Below, piece after piece: positions 26,000 to 40,800 of a stretch of 64,000 nt of DNA. Within the stretch, counting starts at the first letter, position 1; every line of letters begins with the position of its first letter. The notes beneath the pieces are model-generated. The model was given only the letters and a program-made list of their open reading frames with translations. It was not told the DNA's origin and made no database searches. The stretch is from Mobula hypostoma (taxonomy: Eukaryota): assembly GCF_963921235.1 (NCBI RefSeq), contig NC_086097.1, positions 188,420,001 through 188,484,000 of the forward strand. The letters run 5' to 3'. A program made the translations under genes and the position numbers.

Positions 26000-26420
26000 G
26001 TTGCAGGGCACCTGACCACAGGTCCCTACAAAGGATTACGAGGACTGCTGAGAAGATCTTCGGGGTCCTCTTCACCATCATAGATATTTATCAGGAGCGC
26101 TACATAAGCAGGGCCCTTGGCATTGTCAGTGATCCCTCCCATCCATCCAACAATCCAACATCCACCGGGTTGTAAAACTATTGAAGTCCTTCCCACCACC
26201 CAAGTGCCATCATGTATGAAATGCCAGTGGTGCTATACTGTTTACTTTTTAAACTTGTATATGCACCTTATTATTTGTTCATTTATTTGTGGTAATATTA
26301 CTTTATGTGTTATATGTGAGAGTTGTGTGTGTTGCATCGTGCACCTTAGTCCAGAGGAATGTGGTCTTGTTTGACGGTATACATGTGTATGGTTGAATTA
26401 CAATAAACTTGAAATTCTAC
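26000..26420 (+). mobile_element. Rex-Babar-like 3' fragment
   Basis: 3'UTR ending CAATAAACTTGAA. Confidence 0.55.
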
Positions 26421-27889
26421 TTAATATTCTTAGCACAGATCTTAGAATTAGTTAATTCCCATCAATTTGTACTACAGATTCAAAACATACCAGACCACAG
26501 AAAGTTGGACTAGAGTGTTTCAACCTGTATACAAGTCTTTTAGACTAGACATATTTCAGCCACAGGGCACTGGTGAACATTGATGAAGCATTAACTAAAT
26601 TTCAGTTTTATCTGTATTGTATTGAGCTACTGAAGTAGTGTTACTGCTAAACAAATCCAGGAAAAATGCAATAATCAAAATGATTGCATACTTGATTGAA
26701 ATTACAGAAATATAAAGGTCCAAGCAATGCAGGGTGAAAAAAGGATGATAAATGGCACAATGGCAGCTCAAATACAATCTTCAAATCTAATACTTTATCT
26801 CCAATCACTCCTCCTCAGTTATCACAAGTTGTACATCAAAGAAAAACTCTTTAGCTCACTAAACCCATACCAATCTTTTTGCCCACTTATACTGACCCCA
26901 TTTCCCATATTAGCTCTGCACCCTTTTATAAGTTTCTGTCTAAATGCTTCTTAAACATAGTAACTGATTTTACTGATTTCATAGTAACTTTCAAATGTCA
27001 ACTACGTTGTTAAAAATAATTTTCCCCTCAACTCCCTTTTGAATCTCCTTCCTTTCCAACTTAAGCCTATGTCCTCTAATTTTTGACCATCAGGAAATAT
27101 TCTGACTACCTACCATACATGTCTGGCTCTGGCCTGATTTGACTTTCCAGAATGTGACACCTCACACTGTCCTCATCTGTGAATATCAACCAACCTGGAT
27201 ATTTATTCTATGTGAACCAACAGAAATATATAGCATGAATCAAATCTAATCCTTGTGTGACAGTCAGAGCATAATAATCCAGTGAAACTTCAAGTAGAAA
27301 GAAATCAAGTAATTCAATTTTAGCAGATACACAAGAGCTTTGCAATTATGTTACCTAGGATGCAACCAAGTAATACGAAATCACTATTCAGAAGTTTTTT
27401 TATAGGATAAATCCAGGCCTCACCACTGAGCAATGGCCTAGGCATAAAATCTCAAAAAAAAGTCACATCAAACCAGTTTACTGTGTAAAATCCTTTTCAT
27501 TAATATCTGGATACACAGCAAAATTGGGAGAACTGACCCACAGTAGTGCTGTTGTTAAATGCCTGAGAATAAATCGGGCTCTAGACATTATTCAACAACA
27601 CCAGGGAAGATTTAATTTCAATTGCCATTCACATCAGATGCCATATACTGTCCACCTCCATATCCAGAAAGCAAGCTTAAGTTCCCCTGTATTCAATTTC
27701 CTTTAGGATCACTACCTAGTTTCAGGCTGTTTAATTCCTGTCTCATTATATATTTAATTCTCATCGCAATGTTAGGCTATCAATCTTGCTTTCAGAAAAC
27801 TGTTGAATTCTGAATTTAAAAACAATTAATACATGTTCAATGGGAAAACAAAGATATTTCATTTCAGTAGTAACATATTGACGCAATTA

Positions 27890-29080
27890 TAAAGACACAT
27901 CAGTGTCTGTATTTCATTGGAGAATATCACCAAAGACTCTAGCAAATTTCTAAAGACATACAAGAGCATTGTCACTGGTTGCATCACTGTCTGGTATGGA
28001 AGTGCCAATGCACAGAATCACAGAGGGTTTTAAACTCAGCCAGCTCCATCATGGGCTGTAGCCTCCCCACTATCGAAGACATTGCTTCAGAAAGGCAGCA
28101 TCCGTCATTAAGGAACCCTACCACCCAGGACATACCCTCTTCTTATTGCTACCATCGAGGAAGTGGTACAGGAGCCTGAAGACACAAAATCCTCCCGGGA
28201 GGGGGGAGAAGATGGCAGCGCGACGACAGCGCACGCGGCCACTTCGGTGATGAATATCTGTTACTTGTCAAGTGGGGGATCGTGCACAATCCTGATTTGA
28301 TGGAGACAGACGTGAGAGCACAGTGGAACATCTGGAAAACTTCTGAAATGACTGTTTTGCTACTGCTGCTTCTGTGTGGTAACTGGAATCTCTGGAGCTG
28401 AAGGCCCCGAAATCCTCGGCTTTGCGTGTTTCAACGGCCGGGGAGAGGTCGAAGGCGCTCAGCAGAGGCTGGTGCTCAGGAGGCGGTATCAGAGAGGCGA
28501 CTCGGAAGCTCGGAGTTTTCGGACGGATGGACTCAGTGTCGACTGTGGTCGGCTGCTTCCAAGGTATCGACAAGTTGACAGTGCCTGGAGGTTTATGGCA
28601 GGGAGTTTCTCCCTCTTGCCGCCTGCTACCAGAGACCTGGGAGTCAATTGACTCGGGACTTTGAGAACTTTTTTTTTTACTGTACCCATGGTCTGTTCTT
28701 TATCAAATTATGGTATTGCTTTGCACTGCTGTAACTATATGTTATAATTATGTGGTTTTGTCAGTGTTAGTCTTTGGTCTGTCTTGTGTTTCTGTGATAT
28801 CACTCCAAAGAAACATTGTATCATTTCATAATGCATGTATGCATTTCTAAATGACAATAAAAGAGGACTGAGTGTTCTCATAATCTAATCCAATCAACAT
28901 TTTAAGAACAGACTCGGTCATCAGATTTCTGAATGGTCTATTTTGCTTTCATTTTGCACTTTTTAAAAATATATTTCTGATTGCAACTTATTACAATTTT
29001 TATGCATTGCACTACAGTGCTGCTGCAAAACAAGTATGGCAGCACAAGTCAGTGATAATAAACCTGATTCTGATTGTAAG
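27890..29080 (+). mobile_element. Rex-Babar-like 3' fragment split by a nested insertion
   Basis: CITVWYGS and SRKWYRSL; sequence resumes after 28895; AAACCTGATTCTGATT tail. Confidence 0.7.
28193..28895 (+). mobile_element. Young CpG-rich non-autonomous retroelement (LINE 5'UTR plus 3'UTR)
   Basis: Begins GGGGGAGAAGATGGCAGCGCG; ends AATGACAATAAA and (TAATC)n like the Rex-Babar tail near 39300. Confidence 0.65.
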
Positions 29081-29829
29081 TACAGCTGAATGATGGCCTC
29101 GAGCATACCTAGTCTTTAAAAGAACAAGATATTCATAGATATTTTGTGAGTGACCCTTAATTACCTTCATCCTCCTCACCAGTACGGGAATCAACTAGTT
29201 TCAACTCACCTGAGTCACCTACTGTGTATATCAGTACACTTTAAAAAATATAAACTGAATACATCAGATTTTAAACACACTTCAAATCAGACACTGGAAC
29301 TCGTTAAAGGCTGCAGGGGCCAGTATTGTTCATTCCATGGATAACAGTACTTCAATTGCATAATAAATTATTTCTGGGTCGCCAGTATTATTTTCTCTCA
29401 TCTATCACAACTGAGTTTCTTTTAACCTAAATTCATTGTATAATTTTACGTCACAGTATCAAGTTTAACCAATAAGCAGATTAGCACCATAACTGTATTA
29501 TCATCAATGGTTCTCGCACCCAGAATGTTATTTTCACACACATGGAACATCAGTTTTGTTTACAATACAATCAATGTTACAATAGGATGATGCTAATTTA
29601 CACAAAAGGTGATCAGATAACATTACTATATCTTAGTCATCACATTCCAGTGTAACAAAATGTATCACATGATAACATCAAAATGTAATCCCTCCATCTC
29701 AAATTACTACACACTTTGTTAAGATATAAAACCACACCACTTCAGCAAATAACAGTGGCGGCACTGCTTGATTTTACAAAGACATTGGGAAAACCATCAC
29801 AGTTCTCCGGGTTTAATGTCAAATTGCAC

Positions 29830-31310
29830 AGCTGCAAGATCATACAAACTTAATGTTTTACTTTAAACTAATACCAAGAATCAATAAGATTCTGGAATGA
29901 TGCCCAAGATCTGGGAAGTTCCAAATGTCACTCCACTCTTCAATAGGGAGAGAGGAAAAAGAAAGGCTGGATGTCTGACGTCAGTGAAAATGCTGGAGCA
30001 AAATTGTTAAGTATGTGGTTTCAAGATACTTGGAAGCACATGATTAAGTAGGGCATAGTCGGCATGGTTTCCTCAAGGGAAAACCTTGACTGACAGATCT
30101 GTTGAAACCCTTTGAAGTAACAAGCACGGATGTTGTGTACTCAGATTTTCAGAAATCCTTTGACAAGGTGCCACACATGAAACAGTTGAACAAATTAAGA
30201 GCCCATAGTATTACAGGAAAGATACAAGCATGGATAGAATATTAGCTGATTGGCAGGAGGCAAAGTCTGGGAATAAAGGGAGTCTTTTCTGGTTGGCTGC
30301 CAGTGACTAGTGGTGTTCCACAGGGATCTGTGTTGGGACCGCTTATTTTTACATGTCAATGATTTGGATGATGGAATTGATGGCTTTGTGGCCAAGTTTG
30401 TGGATGATATGAAGATAGGTGAAGGGGCAGGTAGTGTTGAGGAAGCACAGAGGCTATAGAAGGACTTCAATAGATTAGGAGAATGGTCAAATAAATGGCA
30501 GATGGAATACAGTGTCTGCAACTGTTTGGTCAAGCACTTTGGGAGAAGGAATAAAACCGTAAGTCATTTTCTAAATGGAGAGAAAATACACAAATCTGGT
30601 GCAAAAGGACTTAGGAGTCCTCATGCACAATTCCCTAAAGGTTTACTTGCAGGTTGAGTTGATGGTGAAGAAGGCAAATGTAGTATTACCATTCAGTTCG
30701 AGAGGATTAGAATACAAATACAAGGATGTAATGTTAAAGCTTTATAAGGCACTGGTAAAGCCTCCCTTGGAGTAACGTGAACAGCTTTGGACCCGTTATC
30801 TAAGAAAGGATGGGCTATATTGGAGAGGGTTGAAAGGAGGTTCACAAGAATAATTCCTGGATTTGAGAGGCTTATCATATGAGATGTGTTTGATGGCTCT
30901 GAGGCCGGTAGAAGAATAAGGGGGAAGAACTCAGTGAAACCTATCAAATGTTGAAAGGCCTCGACAGAGTAGATTTGGAGAGGATGCTTTCCTATGGTGG
31001 GGAAGTCGAAGACCAGAGGACAAAGCCTCAAAATAGATGGACATCCATTTAGAACAGAGTTGAGAAGAAATTTCTTTAGCCAGCAAGTGGTGAACCTGAG
31101 GAATTTGCTGACACTGGTGGTTGTGGAGACCAAGTTATTGGGTATACTTGAGGCAGGCATTGATAGATTTGTGATTAGTCAGGGCATGAAGGATACGGGG
31201 AGAAGACAGGAGACTGGTGCTGAGAGGGAAATGGATTTCAGCCATGATGAAATGGCAGAACAGACTGGATGAGCCAAATGGCCTTATTATGCCTATATCT
31301 TATGGTCAAA
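29830..31310 (+). mobile_element. Decayed CR1 RT and 3' end
   Basis: DFQKSFDKVPH and SGVPQGSVLGP remnants; RRNFFSQQVV. Confidence 0.9.
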
Positions 31311-31759
31311 TGACTGAATGCATCTTTCCGCACCAAATAAATTTCCTTCACAATTAGTTTCCTAAAGAAAACCGGCTGAAAGAATAAATCAATTTTACTA
31401 TGCCTTTTTGCTTATTGTAAATGTTTAAATTAAAAGTGGATAATGCTACCTGCTCATAACAAAACTTTCAAATTGCCATTTGAAAGGATGGAGGCAGATA
31501 TTGACCTGGTACACCATTAGGACCTCAGAAGCCAAGGATGACAGCTTTGGTCCTACCAGTATTAATAAAGGGCAACTTTTGCTGACCTACAACTAAACAA
31601 TTGTTCAACCATTCTAGTTGATAAAGTAGCTGGTTGCATTGCAGAAGTAAATAAAGGATGAGTGATTACATTAAAATAATACGATGCATCATAAACACAA
31701 GTTCTCATACTGTGGAACTTTGTCCATTGGTTCCACCTGACTTTGATGGTTCTACCCTC

Positions 31760-33900
31760 AAAAAACTAACATTTGTCAAACATTAATTCCCTTTAATGAA
31801 TCCATGACAACTTTGCCCAATCCTACTATTATTTCCCATGTCCTCTGGTGGCACTCATTCAATAATCTGTTCCTGTATATGGCATTGATATCAGACTAAC
31901 TGGTCTGCGTTTTACCACTTTTTCTTTCTATCTATGATTGAATAGTGGGATTACATTTACTACCTTCCATCCTATAACTTATGGAATTTTAGATCTACTC
32001 TCCCAAGCCATCTCTTTCAATACATTCATTGTTTTGCAAGTCAAGATAACTTCCCTATTTAATGGTAGAAAATGTTTTTTAAGTTAATGTTAATTCATTT
32101 CTCCTTCTCATTCTTTTGGTATCCTCTATTATTTTATTGACGATCTTACCTTCATACTTCATGCTTTCGTTCCATATGGCCTTTTTAGTTGACTTCTGTT
32201 GCTTTTTAAAAAGCTTTCCAATCCTCTAACTTTCCATTAATTTTTGCTACATTATATGACCTTTCTTTTTGTCTTATGCTGTTTTTGACCTCTTGTTAGC
32301 CACGGTACCTCATCCTCCCTTTAGAAAACTTCTTCATCTCTCCTGTGCCTTTCAAATTGCTGCCAGAAGCTCCACCCACTGTGGCTCTGTTGTCATCCCT
32401 GATAGTGTCCTCTTCCAACCACCTTTGGGCAGCTCCTCTCTCATGCCTCTGTAATTCCCTTTACTCTACTGTAATATTGATACATCTGACTTTATCTTCT
32501 TCCTCTCAAACAGGAGGATAAATTCTATCATATTATGATCACCATCTCCTAATATTCCTTTACTTTAAGCTCCCTAATCAATATTCATTCATTACACAAC
32601 ACGCAATCTACAATTTCCTTTCTATTAGTAAGCTTAACCACAAACAACTCTCAAAAAACTATCTTGTAGACATTCTACAAATTCCTTCCCTTCGGATGCA
32701 GCACCAACCTGATTTCCCCAATCTACCTGCATATTGAAATCTCCCATGACTATTGTAACATTGCCTTTTACATGCCTTTTCTACATCCATTGTAATTTGT
32801 ATCCCACATCCTGGCTACTGATCGGAGGCCTGTACATAACTTCCAGAGTCTTCATACCCTTACAGTTTTGTAACTCTACCCACAAAGATTCTACACCTTC
32901 CAATCCTAAGTCACCTCTTTCTAAGGATTTGATTTCATTCTTTACTAACAGAGTCACCCCACCCCGTCTGCCTACATGCCTGGCCATTCCATACAATGTG
33001 CATCGTTGAATGTTAAGCTCCCAACTATCAGCCACAACTCAGCAACACTCATAACATTGTACCGAACAATCCCCAAATGAGCTACAAGATCATCTCCTTT
33101 ATTCCATAAATTGTGTGCTTTCAAATATCTAACACCGTCAGCCTCTGTATTCATCATCCTTTTCAATTTTGCCCTCATGTAACACTACAACTCATCTCAC
33201 TGACTGCAATAGTGCCTGTCCTTCCTCACAGTCTCACTGCACATTGCACCTACTTGTACACCAACTGCCCCATCCTCAGCCAAATTAGTTTTAAACTCTC
33301 TCCAACAGCTCCTCTCCCTCTCAGATTCTGGTATAATCTCTCCTTTTTGTACAGGTTATACCTTCTCCAGAAGAGATCCCAATGATTCAGAAATCTGAAA
33401 GCCTGCCCCCTCCACCAATTTCCTTCTGAGCATCTGAGCTACACAGCCAGACACGGTGCTAGAGACCCAATCACTGCAGCTTCCCCTTTGTAGGTGAATT
33501 CCACAATGGTATCCAAAGCAGTACAGTATACCTATTACGAAGGGGAACAGCCACAGGGGTACCCTGCACTGGCTGCCTATTCCCTTTCCGACTCCTGATA
33601 GTCAGCCAGGACTGTAACTTAGGGATGACTACCTCCCTTTAGCTTCTATCTGTCAACTCCCTATTTACCCATTTGATCTGAAGATCATCAAGCTGCAATT
33701 CCAGTTCCTTAACACGGTCTCTAAGGAGCTGCAGCTTGATGCACTTTGCGCAGATTTAGCTATCAGGGAGACTAGAAGTCTCCCAGAGTTCCCACATCTC
33801 ACACAACGAACATACTACTTAATCTGGACCCATTCTCAGTGCACTAGCTAAGTACCAATAAACAAAGAAAGAAAAACCTACTAAAAACTTACTTAGAACC
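31760..33900 (-). mobile_element. Old, internally deleted CR1 (ORF1 and endonuclease remnants)
   Basis: GRRGGVTLLVKNEIKSLERGDLG...YRPP; ORF1 remnant GNRQPVQGTPVAVPL. Confidence 0.85.
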
Positions 33901-34129
33901 TCTGCCTGTGCCTGCCCAAGCCTATTGAGACAAAGACTCCCACTCTAACACTGGCTTTCTGACTACATTTCGCTTCTTTTTATTGGCTTGGATAAAACTC
34001 ACTGTAATGAGGTTTGTTCTTTTCAAATAGCTCCCACCCTGCAATGATCTCTCTCTCACACTTATTGCTTAATATTATGGCATTGTGTGTCTTAATAAAC
34101 AAATAACTCCTTGCAATTGCCAAGTATGT

Positions 34130-34430
34130 CAGAATCAGAGTCTGCTTTATAATCACTGACATGTGACATGAAATTTGTTTTGTGGCACCAGTAGAGTACA
34201 AAACCTAAGAATTACTGTATTCAATAGTGTAAAAGATGAAAGAGATAGTGTTCATGGGTTCATGTACTGTTCAGAAATTTGATGGTGCAGGGAAAGAAGC
34301 CGTTCTTAAAATATTAAATGTGGGTCTTCAGGCTCCTATATCTGCTCCCTGATGGTTGTAATGAGAAGAGAACATATCCCAGGTGGTCAGGGTCCTATTC
34401 ATGGAAGCTGCCTACTTAAGGCATGGCCTT
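34130..34430 (-). mobile_element. Rex-Babar-like 3' fragment
   Basis: Similar to 19598-20140. Confidence 0.65.
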
Positions 34431-34434
34431 TGAA

Positions 34435-37410
34435 GATTCAGAGGGCTGGGAACCAGAGGGTCGGCTCAGTAAGGGAAGGATCAGTAGAAGGTAAATGTTA
34501 GGGTAAGTATTGAAAGGCAAAATTGAAATAACAGGCATGATGGGTCAGAGAGTTTGAAGTGTGTATATTTTAATGCTTGGAGTATTATGGGTAAGGGGAT
34601 GAACTTAAGAGCACAAATCAATACATGGAACTACAAACGTATGATATTGTAGCTATTACTGAAACCTGGTTGAGAGAGGGGCAGGAATGGGTGATTATAT
34701 ACCAGGTTTACTAAGTTGTAGAAAAGATAAATGAGGAGGTAAAAGAGGGGGTGGAGTTGCACTACTAATCAGGGACAATATCATAGTTGCGCTCAGAAGA
34801 GACATAGTGGAGGGATCAAACGCCGAGTCCATTTGGGTGGAACTCAGGAATAGGAAAAGTGCAATCACACTGATGGGATTGTACTATAGACCCCCAACAG
34901 CCACCAGGACATTAAGGAACAGATATGTAATCAGATTAAGGAAATGTGTAAAAATAATAGGGTTGTTGTCATAAGGGACTTCAACTTTCATGATATAAAC
35001 TAGGACCTTCTTAGTGGAAGGAGTTCAGATGGAGCAAAATTTTTAAGTGGATCCAGGAAGATTTCTTAAATCAATATGTGGACGATTCAAGAAGAAGAGT
35101 GGCTGTACGGGACCAGGTGAAAGGTAATGAGCCTGGCCAGGTGACCGACTTTTCAAAGGGTGAGCAGTTAGGGAACAGTGACCTCAACTCATTAAATTTT
35201 AGTACAGCTATAGATAAGGATAGGTATCGTCCTTGTGGGAGAGTTTTAAATTGGAGAACGGCAAATTATGAGGGCAATAGACAGGAACTAAGAAGAGTTC
35301 ATTGGGAACGCTTTCTGATATGTCCACATCAGGCATGTGGAGGGTGTTCAAAGATCAGTTGCAGGAAAGTAAAGGAAAGTTGTGTTCCTGTTAGGACAGA
35401 TGGGAATGGCAAGTTAAGAGAACCTTGGATGTCCAGAGAGGTGATGAATTTAGTCAAGAAGAAAAAGAAAAAGCAGGTAAAGCTTCAGAAGTCAGGACCA
35501 AATGAAGCACATGAGGAGTACAAAGAATCAGAATATAGCTAAAGAAGGGAATTAGGAAAGCCAGGAGGAGCCATTAAAAGTCTTTAACAAGTAGGATTAA
35601 GGTGAATCCCAAGGCATTCTATACATACTTCAAGTGTAAAAGGATAATGGAGGAGTGGGTAGGACTACCCAAGGATACGGGGGGGGGGGGGGAGAGAGAG
35701 AACATTTGCTTGGATGCAGAGAATGTGAGTGAGGTACTTAATGAGTACTTTGCTTCAGTAGTTACCAAGGAAAAAGATATGGAGGACCAGGAGATCAGTG
35801 TGGAATGTACAAATACGTTCAGGCATTTAGAGGTCGAGGAGGAGGAGGAAGAGTTAGGCCTCCTAATGAGTATTAAGATGGATAGGTCCCAAGGGCCTGA
35901 TGGGATTTACCCCAGCTTATTGAAGAAAGCAAGAGATGAGACTGGGCCTTTGACCAGTATCTTTGTGTTCTAACCACGGGCGAGGTCCCGGAAGACGGGT
36001 GAGTGGCTATTGTTGTACCTCTATTTAAGAAGGGAACAAGGGAAAATCAAGGGAAAAACCAGTGAGTTTCAAAAACCAGTGAGTTGTAGGGAAATTGCTA
36101 AAGAAAATTCTTAGGGATAGGATACATGAGCATTTGGAAACCCATGGCTTAATTAGGGAGAGCCAGCATGGCTTTGTGTGTGAGATGTTGTGCCTTACCA
36201 ACTTGATTGAGTTTTTTTGACAAGGTGACCAGAGAGACTGATGAGGATAGGGCAGAGGATATTGTCTACGTGGATTTTAATAAGGCATTTGACAAAGTCC
36301 CTCATGGGAGGCTAATCCAGAAGATCAAGAAGCATGGGATTTACAGCAAAATGGGTACTTGGATTCATGACTGGTTTGCATATAGAAGATAGAGGGTAGT
36401 GGTTGAAGGGACTTATTTGAGCTGGAGGTCTGTAATTATTGGTGTTCCACAGGGATCTGTGCTGGGACTTCTGCTGCTTGTAATGTATATATGTGACCTG
36501 GATGAACATGTAGGTAGGTACGCTAGTCAATTTGTGGGTGTTACCAACATTGGTGGAATTGTGGGTAGTGTAGAAGACTGGCAAAGAATATAGCACAATA
36601 GAGATCAGTTGCAGATATGGGAAGAGAAATGGCGGGTGGAGTTTTAGCCAGATAAATGTGAGGTGTTGCACCTCGGTAGGGCAAATGCAAGGGGACAGTA
36701 CACTGTTGAGGGCGAGATCTTTAAGAGTGTTGCTAAGCAGAGCCATCTCGGGATCCAAGTTCATAGCACCTTGAAAGTGGCTACAAGCGTCAATAAGGTG
36801 GTTCAGATGGCTTACGGAATGCTTGCTTTTATTAGTCAAGGCATCAAGTTCAAAAGTCGGGAGGTTATGTTGCAACTTTATAAAACTTTGGTTAGGCCAC
36901 ATCCAGAGTATTGCACACAGTTCTGGTCACCCCCCAACAGGGCGGATGTTGAGGCTTTGGAGAGGGTGCAGAAGAGGTTTACCAGGATGCTGTATAGTTA
37001 AGAGGGCATGTGCTATCACGATGGCTGGATAAACTTGGGTTGTTTTCTCTGGAATGTTGGAGGCTGAGTGGAGATCTGAGAGAAGTTTACACGATTATGA
37101 GGGGCATACATAGAGTATCTGTTTCCCAGGGTTGAAATATCTTATAGTAGAGGCCATGCATTGAAGGCGAGAGGGGCTAGGTTCAAGGGGGATATAAAGG
37201 ATGTAAAGAGAGTGGTGGATGGCTGGTATGGTGGTAGAGGCAAATACATTAGAGGCTTTTAAGGGACATTTGGATGGGCACTTAGATGTAAGGAAGATGG
37301 TGGGATATGGACAGGGCAGGTAGGAGTGATTAGTATTTGGGTGTTTATGATTTGCTTTTTAGCTGTTTTACAGAACACTGGGCTGAATGGCTTGTTCCTA
37401 TGATGTTCAA
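34435..37410 (+). mobile_element. CR1 LINE, decayed nearly complete ORF2 (endonuclease and RT)
   Basis: AITETWL, YYRPP, VYVDFNKAFDKVPH, GVPQGSVLG, VRPHPEYC; many stops and frameshifts. Confidence 0.93.
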
Positions 37411-38469
37411 ACTCCAAAAGATTCAGCATGACCTCCCACACAGAGACCATGCTGACTATTCCTGATCAGGCTTTGACTACCCAAGTTATAGTAGATCTTG
37501 TCCCTCCAATAACTTTCCAACAACTGAAATCAGGCTCACGGGCCTGTATATCCTTGGCCTGTCTTTGCTACCCTTCTTAAAGAATGGAAAGACATTAGTC
37601 ACCCTGCAGTCTTCTGGAACTTCACAATCGCTAACGCATTAGGGTTTTGGAGGTTGTTGATTAGTAGTGAGAGGATGACAGTGCTGGGCACTGAGCTATA
37701 ATCGATAAATAGCAGCCTGAAAAGTGGATTCAATAATTATAATTAGAGGAAAGGAAACCTTTTGGTAGGTGATTGGCCCTTATGTCCATGTACATGTTTA
37801 GAAATCACACAAGTTTAGTGGTTACAAATCTTAAGAATAATTAAATTTTGGACTCTCTCTCATAAGTGCAAATTCACTGAAATAATAACCAGCATCAAAG
37901 GGATTGGAGTAAACTTTACATACTGTGGATTAAACAAGATAAACTAATGAAAATCAATGAGCAAAAAGAAATTTGTGAAGTGCTGAATGAGTGAAGTGTA
38001 CGAAACAATTTGTCTCAGCTTTTCTCTGTCACATCTATTCATTAAACTTGATTTAAAGGACAGAGCTAACCCATTCAAAACAATGGCCTAACCCACTGCT
38101 GCCAGTGACACCAGAGCAGTAGATTGTCCATCCTTTTTTTTGCTCAGATGGTAGTTCTTGGCTGTTACACCAAGTTCTCACAGAGCTCAGAATGACCTAG
38201 CCTTCGCACCAGTTCCCTACAATCTATACTTCACTGACACGAGTCAGAGCAACCAGACTATTAAATAGTGTAAGGTCCCTGACTTAGTGAAGCACAAGCA
38301 AAGAATGGTATCCTTGCTCAGTCTTAGGAACTGGGGAAAGGATGAGATACTAGAGTCTAGAACCCATGAACATCTTCACAGTTCAAATATTTCCCACGCA
38401 ATGGTCAACCAGTACCTACTTCAATCTGTTACCACGATGTGCTCATGCTAAAAAAAACATTCACACATG

Positions 38470-39315
38470 TATCACGGCCTACAGGGACGAGGTCTAGCAC
38501 CTGGCCGCATGGTATGCCAACAACCTGGCCCTTAACACCCAGAAGACCAAGGAGATCATTGTGGACTTCAGGCATGCTAGGAGCCACACTCATGTCCCCA
38601 TCTACATCAACAGAGCTGTAGTGGAGCGTGTATCAAGCTTCAAATTCCTTGGTGTCCACATTTCCGAGGATCTCAACTGGTCCCTGAAATCCTCCATCCT
38701 GATCAAAAAGGCGCAACAGCACCTTTATTTCCCACGGAACATCAAGAAAGCTCACCTCTGTCCCAGGATACTGACAGGCTTTTACTGCTGTACCATTGAG
38801 AGCATACTCACCAACTGAGTCTCACTGTGGTATGGCAATTGTCCCGTATCGGACCGCAAAGCACTCCAGCGTGTGGTGAAAATTGCCCAGTGGATTATCA
38901 GCACCCAATTGCCCACCATTGAGAACATCTACCATAAATGCTGCATGGGCAGGGCGAAAAGCATTATCAAGGATGCATCTCACCCTAACCATGGACTTTT
39001 TACTCTCCTCCCATCCGGTAGGCACTACAGGAGTCCAGGAGTCTCTGCTCCCATATCAGCAGGCACAGGAAGAGCTTCTTCTCTGAGGCTGTGACCCTGC
39101 TGAACCTCTCATCACAGCGCCAAGCAGTATTGCACCCATATTGTACTGTCTCAGTACTTTTATATTTGTGTGCTGTAGCACTTACTTTTTATTCGCAGTT
39201 ATTTTGTAAATAACACTATTCTTTGCCTTTCTGGTTAGATGCTAACTGCATTTCATTGGCTTTGTATCTGTACTCGGCACAATGACAATGAGGTTAGATC
39301 TAATCTAATCTAATG
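38470..39315 (+). mobile_element. Rex-Babar-like LINE 3' part
   Basis: VERVSSFKFLGVHISEDL, LLPSGRHYRS, (ATCTA)n tail. Confidence 0.88.
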
Positions 39316-39454
39316 TATGGAATAGTTATATTCTGTCATTCTTCTCGAATCACCATTTAAATGCATAGTCTATGATTTTATTGGACTCATCAATTTCTCA
39401 TTATTTCATTCCAAGCAAATTACTGGACTCATCAACTGTGGATAACTTCATGTT

Positions 39455-40070
39455 GTACCTCCTTCCCAATGGTAGCTAAAAAAGAGAACATGGACTGGAT
39501 GGTGGAGGGTCCTTGCTGATGAACACTGATTTCTTGTGGCAGTGCTCCTTATAGACGTGCACAATGGTGGGGAGGGATTTGCCTGTGATGGACTGGGTTC
39601 TATCCACTACTTCTATAGAACTTTCCATTGTTGAACACTGGTGTTTCCATACCAGACCATGATGCAACCAGTCCAGATACTCTCTACTGTGCACCTGTAG
39701 AAGTTGGTCAAAGTTTTAGATGACATGACGAATCTGTACAAACTTCTAAGGAGAGGCACGGTCATGTCTTCTTTGTAATGGCACTTACATGCTGGTCCTA
39801 GGACAGATCCTCCAATATAATATCAAGGAATTTAAAATTAATGACCCTCTCCACCTCCAATCCCCTAATGAGGATTGTCTCTTGGACCTCCAGTTTCTTC
39901 CTTCTGTAGTCAATAATCAGCTCTCTAGTTTTACTGACACTGAGTGAGAAGTTGTTGAGGTGCCACTCGACCAGGTTATCAATCTCCCTCCTATTTGCTG
40001 ATTCATCACCATCTTTGATTTGGCCAACTGTTGTGTCATCAGCAAACTTAAATATGGCATTGGAGAAATT
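39455..40070 (-). mobile_element. Rex-Babar-like LINE fragment
   Basis: IFKFADDTTVG, SKTRELIIDYRR. Confidence 0.85.
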
Positions 40071-40239
40071 ATGCAATAGAAAGAATCTTGGATATGTTTT
40101 GGATAGGTTAAAACAAACAGCAAGGTACCAAGGATAGGAACAAAGGAAGAGCAACCATATGGAAAATAACTGGCCCCAATGATTTCAAAACGGGAATACA
40201 TCATATGATTTAAGACACAGAAGCTTCAAAACATACACC

Positions 40240-40800
40240 ATCATGCCCAGGGACACCTTCTATTCCGCTGTTATCAGATTCTTGAACACACCTCTCATCT
40301 GCTAAAAGATGAACTCTTAATCTCCAAATCTACCCCACTGTGGTCACTGCAGTTTGTTTATCTGCACAGCACTTTCTCTGTAAATGTATCTCTATATTCT
40401 TTTCCTACTTAGTACCCTGATGTATACAAGTATGGCGTGATCGATCTGGATGGCATACAAACAAAAGCTTTTCACTCCTTAGTTCATACGAGATGCGCAC
40501 CACTCACACCCCTCTATACATCAGCAGGATGGCAGTGGAAACTGCGAGCAGTTTCAAAACCCTGAGCGTGTACAGCACACACAATCTCTCATGATCTCAG
40601 AACACATCCTACACAGTCAAGTAACCTCACCAATGTCTCACCTTTCTCAGGAGGCAGAAGAGAGCTGGACCTTGCACATCCATACTCACATCATTCTACA
40701 GATGCGCGGTAGTGAGCTGCATGGTACTGAAACTGCACTGCAGCAGGCAGGCAGGCTCTACCACAGGTAGTCAAAACTGCCCAATGCATCACTGGTAGCC
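40240..40800 (+). mobile_element. Old Rex-Babar-like fragments
   Basis: Similar to 18230-18400. Confidence 0.55.
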
